DNA from: an uncultured Planctomycetota bacterium
GTDB lineage: Bacteria > Planctomycetota > Planctomycetia > Isosphaerales > Isosphaeraceae
DNA length: 64,000 nt
Assembly: GCA_963737655.1 (NCBI GenBank)
Contig: CAVTTN010000002.1
Span: 6,336,001-6,400,000, forward strand
Reading direction: 5' to 3'
Shown: piece after piece, positions 9,677-22,900 of the stretch
How the letters are laid out: each line of letters opens with the position of its first letter
How positions within the stretch are numbered: the first letter of the stretch is position 1
The notes under the pieces: generated by a model
Databases searched by the model: none
Seen by the model: only the letters and a program-made list of their open reading frames with translations
What the model was told of the DNA's origin: nothing
Program-made: the position numbers and the translations under genes

Positions 9677-11080
9677 TCAGCCGTGAAGGCCCGGGATCGG
9701 CTCCCAGCCCGCCATGATCTGCGAGAACTCGCGGGGCAGGTTCGGGACCAGTCGCAATTGGCCCACGTCGAAGAGGGTGCGCACGATGGTCGCGATCAGG
9801 TGCCGGCCGGTCACGGGTTCAGACTGCGGGGCCGATCCGTCCTTCGCCGATCGGCCGATGACGACCCCCCCGGGCAGCCCCCCGCCGGCCAGGACCAGGG
9901 GGCCGAGCCGCCCCCAGTGGTCGCGCCCGCCCTGGGCGTTCATCCGAGGGGACCGGCCCATCTCGCCGCACGCCACCAGGAGGATCCGGTCCTCCAGCCC
10001 CCGGGCCCGAACGTCCTCCAGGAATGCCGAGACCGCCCGGTCGAGCGGAGGCCCCATGTACCCCATCCCCTCGGCCATCGGCGCATTGTTCACGTCGGCA
10101 TGCATGTCCCAGACGAAATTCGTGGTGACGGTCACGAACCCGCAACCCCGCTCGCAGAGCCTCCGGGCCAGCAGGAGCAGCTTCCCCAGCGTCTTCGCGT
10201 TGTCGGCGTAATTCTTGTGGTTGTTCCACTTCGTGCGGATCGAGTCGGTCCGGACCAGCGGGGCGGTGTCGTACCGATCGACGAGCCGAGGGTCTTCCTT
10301 CGCCAGGTCGAACGCCTCGGCCAGACCGCCGGTCAACAGCCGGTACGCCTGGTCCCGGAGCCGATCGACCCCCTCGGCGGCCCCATGACGATCCAGCCCC
10401 CGGGCCATCGCGTCGAACCGGGCGAGCAAGCGGCGGCGGTCGTCCAGCCGGCCTCGGGGGATCGAAAGAGTCAAATCGGAGCCGTCGGAGCCGCCAAGGC
10501 TCGGGTCATACGGGGCGTCGGCCGCGGACAGCGAGCCCACCGAGCCGAACTTGCCGAACGCCGAGGTGCCGGCCTGGGTCGAGGGATCGACGGATCGGGG
10601 CAATAGCAGGATGTTCCGTGGCAGGCCGGACTTCGGATGATTCGCACCCGCCACCCGGGACAGCACCGACCCGAGGTTCGCCCCGAACGTATCGCGTCCC
10701 ACCACCGGCTTGATGTTGTGATCCGCGTCCCCGGGGACGAACGACCGGACCACCGCCAGGCGATCGGCCAGGCTCGCCAGGCCCGGGAATGACCCGCCGA
10801 ACGTGATCCCCGGGATTTTCGTCGAAACTTCGCCGGTGGCGCTCCGGATCCCCTCGGGCATCCCCATCTTCGGGTCGAACGTCTCGAACTGGCTGGGCCC
10901 GCCGTGGAGGAACAGGAAGATGACCGACTTGCCGGTCAGGAGCCCCGGGACCTCCCCGGCCCGAGCCTGAAGGGACGCCAGATCGGCCAGGGTCAGCCCC
11001 GCCGCCCCGATCGCCGCCGTCCCGCCGATCTTCAGGAACGATCGCCGCGAGGGCCGGGCTTCATCGACGAAGCGAATCAT
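9677..11080 (-). CDS. DUF1501 family protein
   Basis: SRRSFLKIG, FLHGGPSQFETFDPK, WDMH, GEMGRSP, GGRDHW. Confidence 0.9.
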   Translation of the reverse strand: MIRFVDEARPSRRSFLKIGGTAAIGAAGLTLADLASLQARAGEVPGLLTGKSVIFLFLHGGPSQFETFDPKMGMPEGIRSATGEVSTKIPGITFGGSFPGLASLADRLAVVRSFVPGDADHNIKPVVGRDTFGANLGSVLSRVAGANHPKSGLPRNILLLPRSVDPSTQAGTSAFGKFGSVGSLSAADAPYDPSLGGSDGSDLTLSIPRGRLDDRRRLLARFDAMARGLDRHGAAEGVDRLRDQAYRLLTGGLAEAFDLAKEDPRLVDRYDTAPLVRTDSIRTKWNNHKNYADNAKTLGKLLLLARRLCERGCGFVTVTTNFVWDMHADVNNAPMAEGMGYMGPPLDRAVSAFLEDVRARGLEDRILLVACGEMGRSPRMNAQGGRDHWGRLGPLVLAGGGLPGGVVIGRSAKDGSAPQSEPVTGRHLIATIVRTLFDVGQLRLVPNLPREFSQIMAGWEPIPGLHG

Positions 11081-11131
11081 GAGGCGACTCCGGCTCGCAA
11101 GCCAGGAAACCCGGGTCGAACCGAGGATCCC

Positions 11132-11192
11132 GGATCGCCGAATTCGCCGAATGAGGACATTCCGGGCCCTCCATCGGCGAATTCGGCGATCC
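11132..11192. repeat. 19-bp perfect inverted repeat, REP-like
   Basis: ggatcgccgaattcgccga (11132-11150) / tcggcgaattcggcgatcc (11174-11192). Confidence 0.85.
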
Positions 11193-11283
11193 AGGACGAC
11201 CTTCGCTGGCCGAGCCAGCCCTCTTCCGGCATCACACCCGATCCCCGGGCCGGGTGCAAGCCCTCGGCCCGGGGAGGCTTCGG

Positions 11284-14200
11284 TCAATACGCCTCCTTGA
11301 CCTTCACGCCCTGGTCTTGCGGCTTGAGCCGCTCCTCCAGGCGCTTGAGCTGTCGCATCTGGTTGTCGTTGTTCTGCATCTGAACGTTCTTTTCCAGGCC
11401 CTCGGCCGGAGCGGCCCCGGGTTTGGCCTCCTGGTTCGGGGCCTGCGGGACGTTCGGAGGCTGGCCCACGAAGGTGGTCCCCCGGTGGAACGCATAGGCG
11501 CCCGCCTCTTCCTTGGCCACCGCCGTGACCTGCCCGCGCACGCCTTCGGCCACGAACACCCCGCGGCGGTCGGTCTCTCCCGAGAAGAACGTCGGGTTGT
11601 TCGTCCCGATCACCTTGACCTGGACCTTGGCCACGGGCGCCTTGGTCCGGGAGTCCCTCACGGCCACCCGAACGCGCCCAGACTCCGGCTCCTCAAGGAC
11701 TTGCATCTCCAGAGGCGAGACCAGGACGATCCCGGAGGTGTAGCGATCGTCGCCCCGGACCATCACCAGGTACGCCCCATCCTTCTTCAGGGGCAGGGGG
11801 ATCGACTTCATCTTGTCGTCGAAGTCCTTGCCGTCGCCCAGGTTCACTTTCGTTTCGAAGAGCGGCCGGATGCCCGCCAGGTCGATCCCGGCGATGGCGT
11901 CGAGGTTGCGGCGGGTCAGGTAGAGCCTCATCAGATCGACGGGGTAGACCTTCACGTCGGCCTCGGCGATGTTGCGATAGTCGAGCTTGGCGGCGGGCTC
12001 GTCCTTCTCGGCATTCTTCTTCTCGGCGTCCGGCGGCTTGACGACGGCGACCTCGGGGAGCTTCAACTCCTTGCGGGTCAACGCCTTGACGGCCCCGGCG
12101 GCGTCCGAGAAGCGATCGGCCACGCGCTCGTAGAAGGCCAGGGCCTTCGCGGGCTCGCGGCGGGCGTCGTGGATTTGCCCAAGGATGTAGATCGCTTCCC
12201 ACTTGTTGGGGCTCTCGCGATCGACGCCGTCGGCCCCCTTGTACACGGCCTCGGCAATCCGCCCGGCCACGGCGATGGCCCGGTCGTACTCGCCCAGGTG
12301 GAACCGGCCCAGGGCCTCGCTGTACTGGAAGCTATCCTGAAACGGGCTCTTGGGATACAGCTCGGCATAGCGGCGGGCGAGGGTGACCACCGCCTTGTCG
12401 TCTTCCAGGCCGAGGAACGCCCCGACGATGGCCAGGCTGGCCTCGTCGGCCAGGGGGTCTTTGGGGGACTGGGCCAGGAACGCCTGGTCGAGCCGGATCG
12501 CCTGGAGCAAGAGGTCGGGCCGGGTCACGCCCGAGGCCGTCATCTCTCGTCGAACGGACAGGTCGGTCGTCGACCGATCCGCCAGCCCGGCCACGACTTG
12601 CGCCAGTCCGAGGAAGTCGGACTGGATCGCGGCCGTCGAGGGGTTCTCCCTCCAGAGGCCGAGGAGGTAGGCGACGCTCTCCAGGGGCTTGCCCCTCTGG
12701 CGGAGGGCCTCGCCGACCCGGGCGTCTTCCAGGTAGCCGGCCTCGGCCGTGGCCCTCCAGACCAGGAAGGCCCGTTCGTGCTCGCCGATCGCGCCGTAGG
12801 CCCGGCCGACGGCCCGGATGTCGTCGAAGGAAAGGACTTGCTCAGGGGCCTTCTCCTTCAGGACCTCGAAGAACGCCACCACGTCCTTCGCCTCGTCCCT
12901 CTTGATCGCGATGGTCAGGAGCCGCCGGGCGGCCTCCTTCATCACGTCGTCCCGGAGGGTGTAGGCACTCCAGAGGGCCTTGAGGCTGGCCTCGGCCTCG
13001 GTGAACCGGCCGTCGTCGAAGAGCGCCTTGCCTCGTGCGAAGAGCTCGTCGGGGGTTGGCCGATAGGGGTCGGTCGCACGTTCGCCGGGGGCAAGGACTT
13101 GCAGCTTGTCGGGCTTGCCAAGATGCCTCCGGCCCGGCTCGTAGGCCGAGGAGAGCGACGGGGGCAACGCCCGGTACGCGCCCGGCAGGAACCCGTGGAC
13201 CTCGTACACCACGTCCGGGCTCTGATCGGGCGTGAAGTAGAGGGTGAGCTCGCCGTCCTCGACCGTGTAATGGCTCGCCTGGGACCGCACCGAACCCTCG
13301 ACCAGGGTGGTCCCGGCCGGGAGGTACTCCTTCATGACCAGGAAATCGCGTTCCCAGACAGGAAGGTTGCTGGGGACGTCCCGATAGGCCTCGATCGAAA
13401 TGGGAACCTTGCCTCCCAGGGGGACCTGGGTGACCGTGTTCTCGAACCGATCGGCGTTCGGCGCGACGTTAAACCCGTGAGGCAGGGTCCGGCCGTCCAG
13501 ACTCGGCTCGTCGGCCCAGTAGACCCGTCTTCGGATCGCGAACGGCTTGCCTCGGGAGTCCTGATCGGGGGCGAAGTCGCGGGTGAAGCCGATCAGGGTG
13601 ATGGCGTAACTGAATTTCCCGCGACCCTTTACGGCGAATTCGACCCGGTTCGGGGCGTTCGTCTTGATCAGGCGGACGGGCACGCGGAGGGCCTGGCCCT
13701 CGGTCGCGCCGACGACGTCAATTGTGCGGATCTCGTCGCCGTTGACGCGAACCGTCAACTGGTAGCGATCCTCGGCGGCCTCGGCCGAACCGTGGAACAG
13801 GCTCAGTGCGGCGAGGGCCGGCCCTTTGGCCTTCGGCGGCTGCCAGCCCAGGCCCTGGCGATGGGCTTCGAGCCAGGCGACCGCTCCGGCCGTCTCGTTC
13901 GACTTCGGGTTCCCCCGGGCGAACGCAAGGGCCGCCAGGGCCGTGGTTTCGGCGGGTGAACGGTGCCAGGGACCCTGCCCCGTCCCCTCCCAGTACCGGC
14001 GAGGCGCGTCTCCCGGGGCGGCGATCTCCGTTTTGCCCCGAGGGGCCAGCACGCCGAGGACCTCTTCCGCCAGGCTTTGTCGCTGAAGGTTCGAGAACGT
14101 CAGGGAAAGATACGCCAGGGCCACATTCGGAAGCCCCTGTCGCGAACGATTGAGGGCGTTCGCCTGTTCGAACGAGGCCTTGCCCCGGGCGCTCAGGGCG

Positions 14201-17200
14201 TGGACGATCGCCGAGCGGGCTTCCCAGTCCGACGCGTCGATCCGGGCGAGTTCGGCCATCAGCCAGTTGCCCGACTTATCCAGGACCCCCGGATCGGTCA
14301 TCAATCCGAGCGTCTCGGCCTCGGCCAGGGCCCACATCGTCCGGGCCGAGGTCATCCGATCTCCAGGCCGGGCTTGACCATGCGACCCGGCCACCCAGGG
14401 GAACGAGCCGTCGTCGTTCTGGCTCGTGACGAGCTCGGCTACCAGGCCCCGGACGCGATCGGCCACCCGGACGGCTTCCGGGGCCTCGCTGGGCTTCAAG
14501 GTTCGCAAATACTTCAAGACGGACGCCGCCGCGAGCAGGTCTCCGGCGCGGTCGGCGAGAGAATCGGGGGGCTGGGGGATGCAGGCAATCACCCGGCCTC
14601 GGAGAGGGTAGACTTCCTGGCCCAAGGCCAGCTCGACGAGCATCCGGCGGACGCTGGGCGAGAGCACCACGAGCATTTCGGGCGACTCGTAAGGCCGTCC
14701 GGCGGGAAGGCTGACGAAGGCCGAGGTGCCCGACGACGACGAACCCGAGGCCGAGGCCACCGCCTGGGTGCCCCACGGCCGGATCGGCACGGAGAGGGTC
14801 AACTCGTCCTTCGCCTCGCCGAGGATGGCCCCCAGGGTGAGCCGGACCTCCTCATCATCGGGGACCTCGAAGCCGTCGAACACGATTTCGGTGACCGAGC
14901 CGCCCTTGACCTCCACGACCTTCGGGACGACGGTCTCGTGGCCGCCCGCATACTGGACCAATCGCAGCTCCAGCTTGCCCAGCTTGCCTGGATGGTGGAT
15001 TTCGGCGGTGAATCGGGGCTTGTCCCCTTCGGTGAGGGCGGCGGGGACCTTCAGATCGACGAAAAAGTCCTTGCGGACGGCGACCTCGGCCGTGGTCTGG
15101 CCCACCAGGGTGTCGGAGCCGGAGGCGCCTCGGGCGGTGAACTTGTATTCGGACAGGGCGCCCGGGCGCGGAACTTCACGACGGCCCGGCCGTCCTTGCC
15201 GGTGACGATGGCGGGGTCCCAGAAGGCGGTCTCGACGAACCGTTCGCGGGGGGCGACGCCGTTGGCCCCGCCGGCCCCGCCCCGGCTTTTCCTCGCCACG
15301 ACGCCTCGATCCGCGGCCCAATCGCGTCGATTGTAGCTGGTACCGGCCTTCTTCTTGGCTTCGCCTGCCTTCTCGCCGTCAAAGTCCGCCTCGGCCATCT
15401 CCTCGACCTGGAGTCCCAGGGCGGCGTCCTTGATGTCCGCCATCCGCCGTCCGCCAAACATCGCGCTGTTCTGGCCGCCCAATCCGCCGCCGCCGACTGC
15501 CTGGGGTATCTTTCCCTCCGCGCCCGCCGGGGCGGGAGCGGGGGCAGCGGCCATCGCGGCCGGGGGCTCGAAACCGCCCACCGGGCCCGGCTCGCTCTTG
15601 GCGACCTCGAGGCCGGCCCTCATCCGCACTTCGCCCAACCGGGCCAGGTCCTCCACCATCGCCGCCTTGCGGTCGGCCTCCTCCACCACGGCCTGGGGCA
15701 CGGGCACCGTTTCCGGAGAGTATCGGAACGTGGCCGAGGATTCGGTCGTGAATGCGGCCGTCCTCGATTGGTTGTAGAAGAACGAGCCGATCGCGGGGAG
15801 CTTGTCCTGGAACAACCTCAGCAACGACTTATCGACCAGGGCGAGCGAAAGCTCGGCGGGCGTTGGCTTTCCGTTCTGGTCGGTCGTGGTGATCTCGACC
15901 TCGACCTCCTCGCCCGGGCCCACCGCCGGCTTCGTCGGCCGGATCGTCACCCGCAAGTCGCGCTCGATCCGAAGGTCCAGCCGGGCCTCCTGGAAGTCGG
16001 ACGGGGCCATCTTCGCGGCCGACAGGGTGAAATTCGGAAACTCGTTCCCCGCCACCTCCCACGCCAGCGGGTTTTCGCCTTCCTTGACCGGGACGAGCCG
16101 GTAGGAGAGGATGCGGTCGGCCTCCCAGGCCACCAGGGCCGTTCCCGCCGGCCCCCGGTTGATCAGGCGGATCTCGGCCCCCTCGCCGACTTTATAGCTC
16201 GTCCGATCGGTCAGGAGGCGGAGCTTCGTCGCGTCCTTCTCGCCCGAGATCGTCAGCGCCAGGTCGGCCACGATCGGGTTCTTGAAGCGGTCCGTGCCCG
16301 CCGCGCGGACGACGAAGGCCCCGCCGTCCTTGTCCTCCACCTTCAGGCGGATCGACCCGGCCCCGGTTTTTGGGTCGGTCTTGATCTCCTCCCGGGACAC
16401 CTCGCGCTCGACGGTCTGGCCGTTCTTCTCGGTTCGCTTCAGGACGGCTACGCTCAGGGTTTCGCCAAGCGGTTCACCCTGGGCGTCGATCGTGCTGATG
16501 CGAACCGGGAAGCTCTCGCCGTCGAGGTAGACATCGCGACTGGTGTTCAGGTCGATCCGGAAGGCCCGGACGGCGAGCATCACGTTCGCCGCGACGCCGA
16601 CTCCATCCTCGGGCAATTGCGCCACGATCCGAAGCGCCCGTTCCTCGGCGAACCCGGTGGTCTCCAGCTCGAAGGGGAACTTGCCCTCGGCGTCGGTCTT
16701 GCCCCGGAGGACCCGGCCATCGGGCAGGGTCACGGCGATGGCGCGGTCGGCCAGAGGGGTTCCGTACTGATATTTGGCAATCGCGGAACCCTTGACGGTC
16801 TCGCCGCGATAATAAACCGTGCGAGGGAGATCCATCGCGAGGTCGATCTTCCTCAACGCATACGCCTGGACCTCGAACGCCCCGGAGAACTCGCTCTTGC
16901 CCGGCCGGGTCAGCCGGACCCGGTACGTCCCGATCGGCGCCGCCGTTTCGAGCGGCAAATCGAGGTGGAACGTGCCGAAGTTCGACAGCTTCAAGGGTTT
17001 ATCGACGAGCTTCCGGCCCTTGGCGTCGTAGATTTCGACCACGTAGTTGGCGTCGGGCAGGATCGCATACTGGCCGCCCTCGACCTCGCGGACCACCCCC
17101 CGGAGGGCGACGGTCTGGCCGGGCCGATAGGCGGGCCGGTCGGTGTAAATGTAAGCGCGGGCGGTCAAACCCTGAGCCACCGTCCCCGGCAGAGTTAGGC

Positions 17201-19363
17201 CGGACCCGGCGACGTCTCCGCCGTCGAGGACGAGGTAAGTGATCCCGGAATTCGGGTCTCGGGGCTTCTCCCAGTCCTTCAAGAGGACGCCATCGTCCCC
17301 GGTCTTACCGTCGAAGATCACGCCCGAGCCGTCGGAAACGAGGATGCGGGCCCCCTTTCGGCCCTTGCCGGTCTTCATGTCCTGGGCGAAGACCAGGATT
17401 TGCTCGCGAGACGACTTGACGATGGCGTCGATGTCCGAGCCGATCACCAGGGTCGTGGCCTGGAGGTTCTTCTCGTCGGAAACCTTGACCACGTAAACGC
17501 CCGGGACTTCGATCTTCTTCAGTTCATATTGCGAATCGATCGGTTTGTACTTGCCGTAATCCGGGACGTCGGCCGTCCATTCGGCGTCCGGGGCGACGAG
17601 CGAGATGTCCATCGCCTCCACGCCGGTCATGGCGTGTTTCTTGCGGAAATAGGCCTCGGGGTCGATCTTGTAGGCGGTGAAGGTGAGTTTCGGAAGGTTT
17701 CGGGTGGCAATCTTCAGCTTGGGGACATCGCCCGAGCGAAACGCCCGTTCGGTGACGACCGTCAGGGATTTCGCCTCCATCACGGCGACCCTCTGGTTGG
17801 CCTGGGACTGCCAGGGCTCGACGTTCACCTTGCGGAACCGCTCGATGGCGGAGGCGGGATCGGCCTTTTCTTCCTCGAAGGTGGCGGCGATCGCAAACAG
17901 GGCGTGGCCCGAAGGTTCGGTGTTGGGGAACTTGCCGGCCAGGGTCTCCCAGGCCGAGATCGCGTCGTCATATTTCTTCTCGGCCGCGAACGCCTGGCCG
18001 ACCTCGAAGAGGGCCTGCGGGACCCGGCCATCCAGGGGGTTCTGCGTGGCGAAGGCGAGGAAGGCGGCGCGGGCGTCGGCGTACTTTTCGGCCCGAAGCA
18101 GGTCGTAAGCGATCTGGAGCCGGGAATCGAGGGTGGCGCGCTGGGCGTCGGCCGACTGCGGGCCGTTGGGATACCTGGCAAGATAGGCTTGATAGGCGGT
18201 GATCGCTTCCGAATACCGGCCCTGGCTCTGCAAGACCAGTCCGACCCGATACTGAGCGTCCATCAGGAGTTCGGCGCGTCGTCGGCGAGCCTCCTCGGAG
18301 GCGCCCCGGGCGTCTTCGGTCTGGAGGAACGCGGCGAAGGCGGCCAGGGCCTCCTGGGTCTTCCCTCGGCTCAAATAGGCCATGCCGATCTCGTGCCCGG
18401 CCTGGACGGCCAGGTCATGGCCGGGGTATTCGGCGACGAGCTTCCTGAGGGCCGCCACGCCCAGGCCGAGCTGGGCGTCATCGGGCGGGTTGGGGAGGCC
18501 GTAGGTCCTGGAGATCCCGAAGAACGAGCGGGCCCGGAAGTCGGCGGCCTCTCGGGTATCGACTTTTTCCAGGTCGTGGGCGAGGTCCGTCCAGGTCAGG
18601 CGAGCCGGAAGCGCCTGGCCGGAACCCAGTTGCGACTCGCCGAGGTGGAACCGGGCGGTCGATCGGTCGGGGCCCTTGGGGAATTCGTTCAGGTACGCCT
18701 GATAGTCGGCCATGGCGCGGCCGGGGTTGCCGGCAAGCTGGCTGGCGTGGCCCATCCGCAGGCGGATGGCGGCCCGGGTGGCCTCGCCCTTGGCCAGGTT
18801 CAAGGCCTGGGCGAGCAGGGCGTGGGCCCCTTCGGGGTCGCTCGGGGTGGTGGGGGAATCGGGCTTGAGAAGGCGCTCGGCGAACCCTCGGTAGACGTCG
18901 GCCAGGGCGTCCTTGCGCCTGGGGTCGAGGAGGATTTCGGTGTCGGTCCGGGCGAGGCGCTCGGCGTCGGCGAACTTGCCGGCGGCCACCTCGACGGCGG
19001 CGAGCGCCGATCGCAACTTCGGGGCCCACTTGCCGTTGGGCGCATCCCGCAGGGCGCCGCGAGGGCCTGGCGGGCGTCGTCGAGCTTGCCGTCGAGCCTC
19101 AGCGCGGTGCCTCGGATCAGCGTGAAGTAGGCGCGATCGTCGGGCGAGGCCTTGGGGGCGTTGGCCAGGGCCTCGACGGCCTTGGCGGCCTCGGCGAACC
19201 GGCCGTCCTGCATGGCCGAGACGACCGGCCCGGGCAGCTCCGGCACGACCGGCTCGACCGCGCGATGGCCGGGGGGCACGGCCCCCTTCGGCTCGTCCGC
19301 CCCGAGCAGGACCGGGCCCAGCAGGCCCACGGCGACGAGAATCCGTCCGATGGCGAGTCTCAC
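11284..19363 (-). CDS. Giant TPR + alpha-2-macroglobulin family protein, ~2690 aa (frameshifts ~15165 and ~19058)
   Basis: GTG start with GGAGG, signal peptide, N-terminal TPRs, MG2 motif YIYTDRPAYRPG, LSLALVDKS, low-complexity bait-like region, RERFVETAFW, QNDDGSFPW, C-terminal TPRs. Three consecutive frame segments. Confidence 0.85.
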
Positions 19364-19557
19364 GGCAGGTTCCTCCGATGGCAATCGCGAAGGGGGAGCG
19401 AGGCGAGGCCAAACCTCGAAGGCCCGTTCATCATCCGTCTCCGAAAGAACCCGGTCAACGGGCCATCGGCCGACGACGGCGCACCCCGGCCTCCCCTTTC
19501 ACGGCTGGACTCGCCGTTTCTTAGACGGTTTCCTGCGGCCTCGATGGATCGTCGTTT

Positions 19558-19643
19558 GGGTGGCATGCTCACGTCTTCGTGGGCATGGCGTTTGTTCAAG
19601 CCTTGACCGAAGCCATGCCCACGAAGACGTGAGCATGCCACCC
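19558..19643. repeat. 32-bp perfect inverted repeat made of REP-like palindromic units
   Basis: gggtggcatgctcacgtcttcgtgggcatggc (19558-19589) and its exact reverse complement (19612-19643). Confidence 0.9.
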
Positions 19644-19905
19644 GGGGACGCTCTTGACCCGGCCCGTCGGGGGCCTCCGGGATTTTCCGGACTCTCGCCC
19701 GGGGCCCGGTCGCGATGGTATCTCCTAAAGCCGCATCGAATGATCCCGGGACACCTCGCCACGGGTCGTCCTCGCCCGGGGGTTCTGCCATGTCGCAATC
19801 GCCTGCCTCTTCCTCTAAACTGGAAGGCCTTCCGCGCGAGGCCGCCGACTGACGCCCCCGCCGACGACGTCCGGCCCTGGACCGTAGATTTTCGAGGAGT
19901 TCGCG

Positions 19906-22900
19906 ATGAGGAAACTGGGATCGTTCCGGGTCCATTTCGGGGCCCTGGCGGCTCTGGCCGCCTGGGCGGGCACGCCCTCCACCGGCCGGGCCGTCGCGCC
20001 CGAGGGCGAGGCCGCCCCCCTCTGGATCTGGACCGCCGACAAGGGTTCGGAGAGCCAGGCCGTCCACCTCCGCAAGGCGTTCGAGGTGCCCGAGGGGATC
20101 AAGTCGGCCCGGATCGTGGTCGCGGCCGACAACGAGGCGGCCGTCCTGCTCGACGGCCGGCCCGTGATCGAGAACAACGACTGGGCGGAGCCCTCGGCGA
20201 AGGTCGTGACCGCCGCCCTGGCCGCTCCCGGCCGGCACGTCCTGGCCGTCCGAGGCAGGAACCAGGGAGGCCCCGCGGGGCTGGTCCTCCGCCTGACGAT
20301 CGAGCCGAAGTCGGGGCCTCCGATCGTCGTGGTCTCGGACGAGTCGTGGAAGGTCAGCGTCCCGGCCCCCCGGGGCTGGACCGCCCCGAACTTCGACGAT
20401 TCGAAGTGGGCGAAGGCCACGGCCGTGGGCAAGCTCGGCGACGCCCCCTGGAACGCGACGAACGACCTCGCCTTCGCCCGGGCCGCCTCGCCGGACGAGC
20501 CGAAGGCGTCCGACCCCTCGAAGTTCAAGAAGATCAAGGGGTTCGACGTCGAATTGCTCTACACCGTCCCGAAGGATGAACAGGGATCGTGGGTGAACAT
20601 GACAGTCGATCCCAAGGGGCGTCTGATCGTCTCGGACCAGTACGGCAAGCTCTATCGCGTCACGCCCCCGCCGGTCGGCAAGGCGGGCGAGGTGAAGATC
20701 GAGCCCATCGAGGCGGAGATCGGCGAGGCCCAGGGCTTGCTCTGGGCGTTCGACAGCCTGTACGTCGTCGTGAATCAGGGCCAGAAGTACCCGAGCGGCC
20801 TCTACCGGGTGACCGACACCGACGGCGATGACAAGCTCGACAAGGTGGAGGCGCTCCGCGGCCTGAACGGCGGGGGCGAGCACGGCCCTCACGCCGTGAT
20901 CCTCGGGCCCGACGGCAAGTCGCTCCGGGTGATCGCCGGCAACGCCACGGCCCTGACCCAGCTCTCCGGCTCCGACGTCCCGAGGATCTACGACGAGGAC
21001 CAGGTCCTCCCCTACCTGACCGACGGCAACGGCTTCATGAAGGACGAGAGGGCCCCGGGCGGCTGCATCTACGAGGTCGATCCCGACGGCAAGAACTGGG
21101 TCCTGGTCTCGATGGGCTATCGCAACCCGTTCGACCTGGCGTTCAATCGCTGGGGAGACCTGTTCACGTACGATTCGGACATGGAATGGGACGTGAACAC
21201 GCCCTGGTATCGGCCCACGAGGGTCTGCCAGGCCGATCCCGGCTCCGACCTCGGCTACCGCAACGGCTCGGGCAAGTGGCCGACCTACTATCCCGACAGC
21301 CTCCCGCCGACGGTGGACATCGGCCCCGGCTCGCCCACCGGCGTGACGTTCGGCTACGGCGCGAAGTTCCCGGCGAAGTACCAGGAAGCCCTGTTCATCT
21401 GCGACTGGAGCTACGGCAAGCTCTACGCGCTGCACCTCTCGCCCGACCAGAGCCATTACAAGGCGGAGGTCGAGGAGTTCGTCACCGGCCAGCCCCTGGC
21501 GCTCACGGACGTGGTCGTGAACCCGACCGACGGCGCGATGTACTTCGCCGTGGGCGGGCGGAGGACGCTCTCGGGCCTGTACCGCGTGACCTACTCCGGC
21601 GCCGAATCGACCGCCCCGGCCCACCCCACCGACACCTCGGCCGACGCCCGGGCCCTGCGCCGGTCGCTCGAAGCGTTCCAGGGCCGCAAGGACCCGAAGG
21701 CGATCGAGGCCGCGTGGCCGAACCTCGGCCATCCCGACCGCTTCATCCGCTACGCCGCCCGCGTGGCCCTGGAATTCCAGCCCCCGGGCGAGTGGGTCGA
21801 AAAAGCCCTGGCCGAGACCGAGACGCAGGCGTTGTTGACGGCCTTGCTCGCCGTGGCCCGGGTCGGGGGGAAAGAGCTTCAGCCGAAGTTGCTCGACGGC
21901 CTCGGCCGGCTCGACTGGGACGCGCTCTCGACCGCCCAGAAGCTGGAGAGCCTGCGAGTCCTCGAATTGTGCCTGATCCGGATGGGTCGGCCCGACGATT
22001 CTTCGGTCGCCCACATCGTCGAGAAGCTCGACACGCTCTTCCCGGCGAAGGGTCGCGAGCTGAACGCCGAGCTCTGCAAGCTGATGATCGCCCTGGAGGC
22101 GCCGTCGGCCGCCTCGAAGACGATGGCCTTGCTCGAGACCGCGCCCACGCAGGAGGAGCAGATTGAGTACGCCACGGCCTTGAGGAAGCTCAGGACCGGC
22201 TGGACGCCCGGGCTCCGCAAGGCCTATTTCGAGTGGTTCCCGAAGGCCGCGAACTTCAAGGGAGGCGCGAGCCTCGCCGGATTCATCCGGCAGATCAAGG
22301 GGGACGCGGTGGCGACGCTCTCGACCGAGGAGAAGGCCGCGTTGCAGCCGATCCTCGACGCCAAGCCCGACGCGAAGGCCGTCGTTGCGGTCGCCAAGCC
22401 CCGGCCGTTCGTCAAGGCGTGGACCGTCCCCGAGCTCGCGCCGGTCGCCGAGACCCGGCTCAATCACCGCGACTTCGACCGAGGCCGGACCCTGTTCGCC
22501 GCCGCCTCGTGCTTCAACTGCCACCGGTTCGCCAACGAAGGAGGGACCGTCGGCCCGGACCTCACCGGGGTCTCCGGCCGGTTCAGCCCGAGGGACCTCC
22601 TGGAATCGATCGTCCTGCCCAGCAAGACGGTCAGCGACCAGTACCAGGCCTGGACGTTCGCCACGACCGACGGCCAGGTCGTCACCGGCCGGGTAGTGAA
22701 CCTCAACGGCGACACCCTCATGATCAACACCGACATGCTCGACCCGAACAAGATGGTCAGCATCAATCAGAAGAAAGTCGAGGAGAAGAAGCCCTCCGCC
22801 GTCTCCATGATGCCCGAAGGGCTCCTCAACACCTTCCACGAAGATGAAATCCTCGACATGATCGCCTATCTGCTCTCCAAGGGAGACCGGAATAGCCCGA

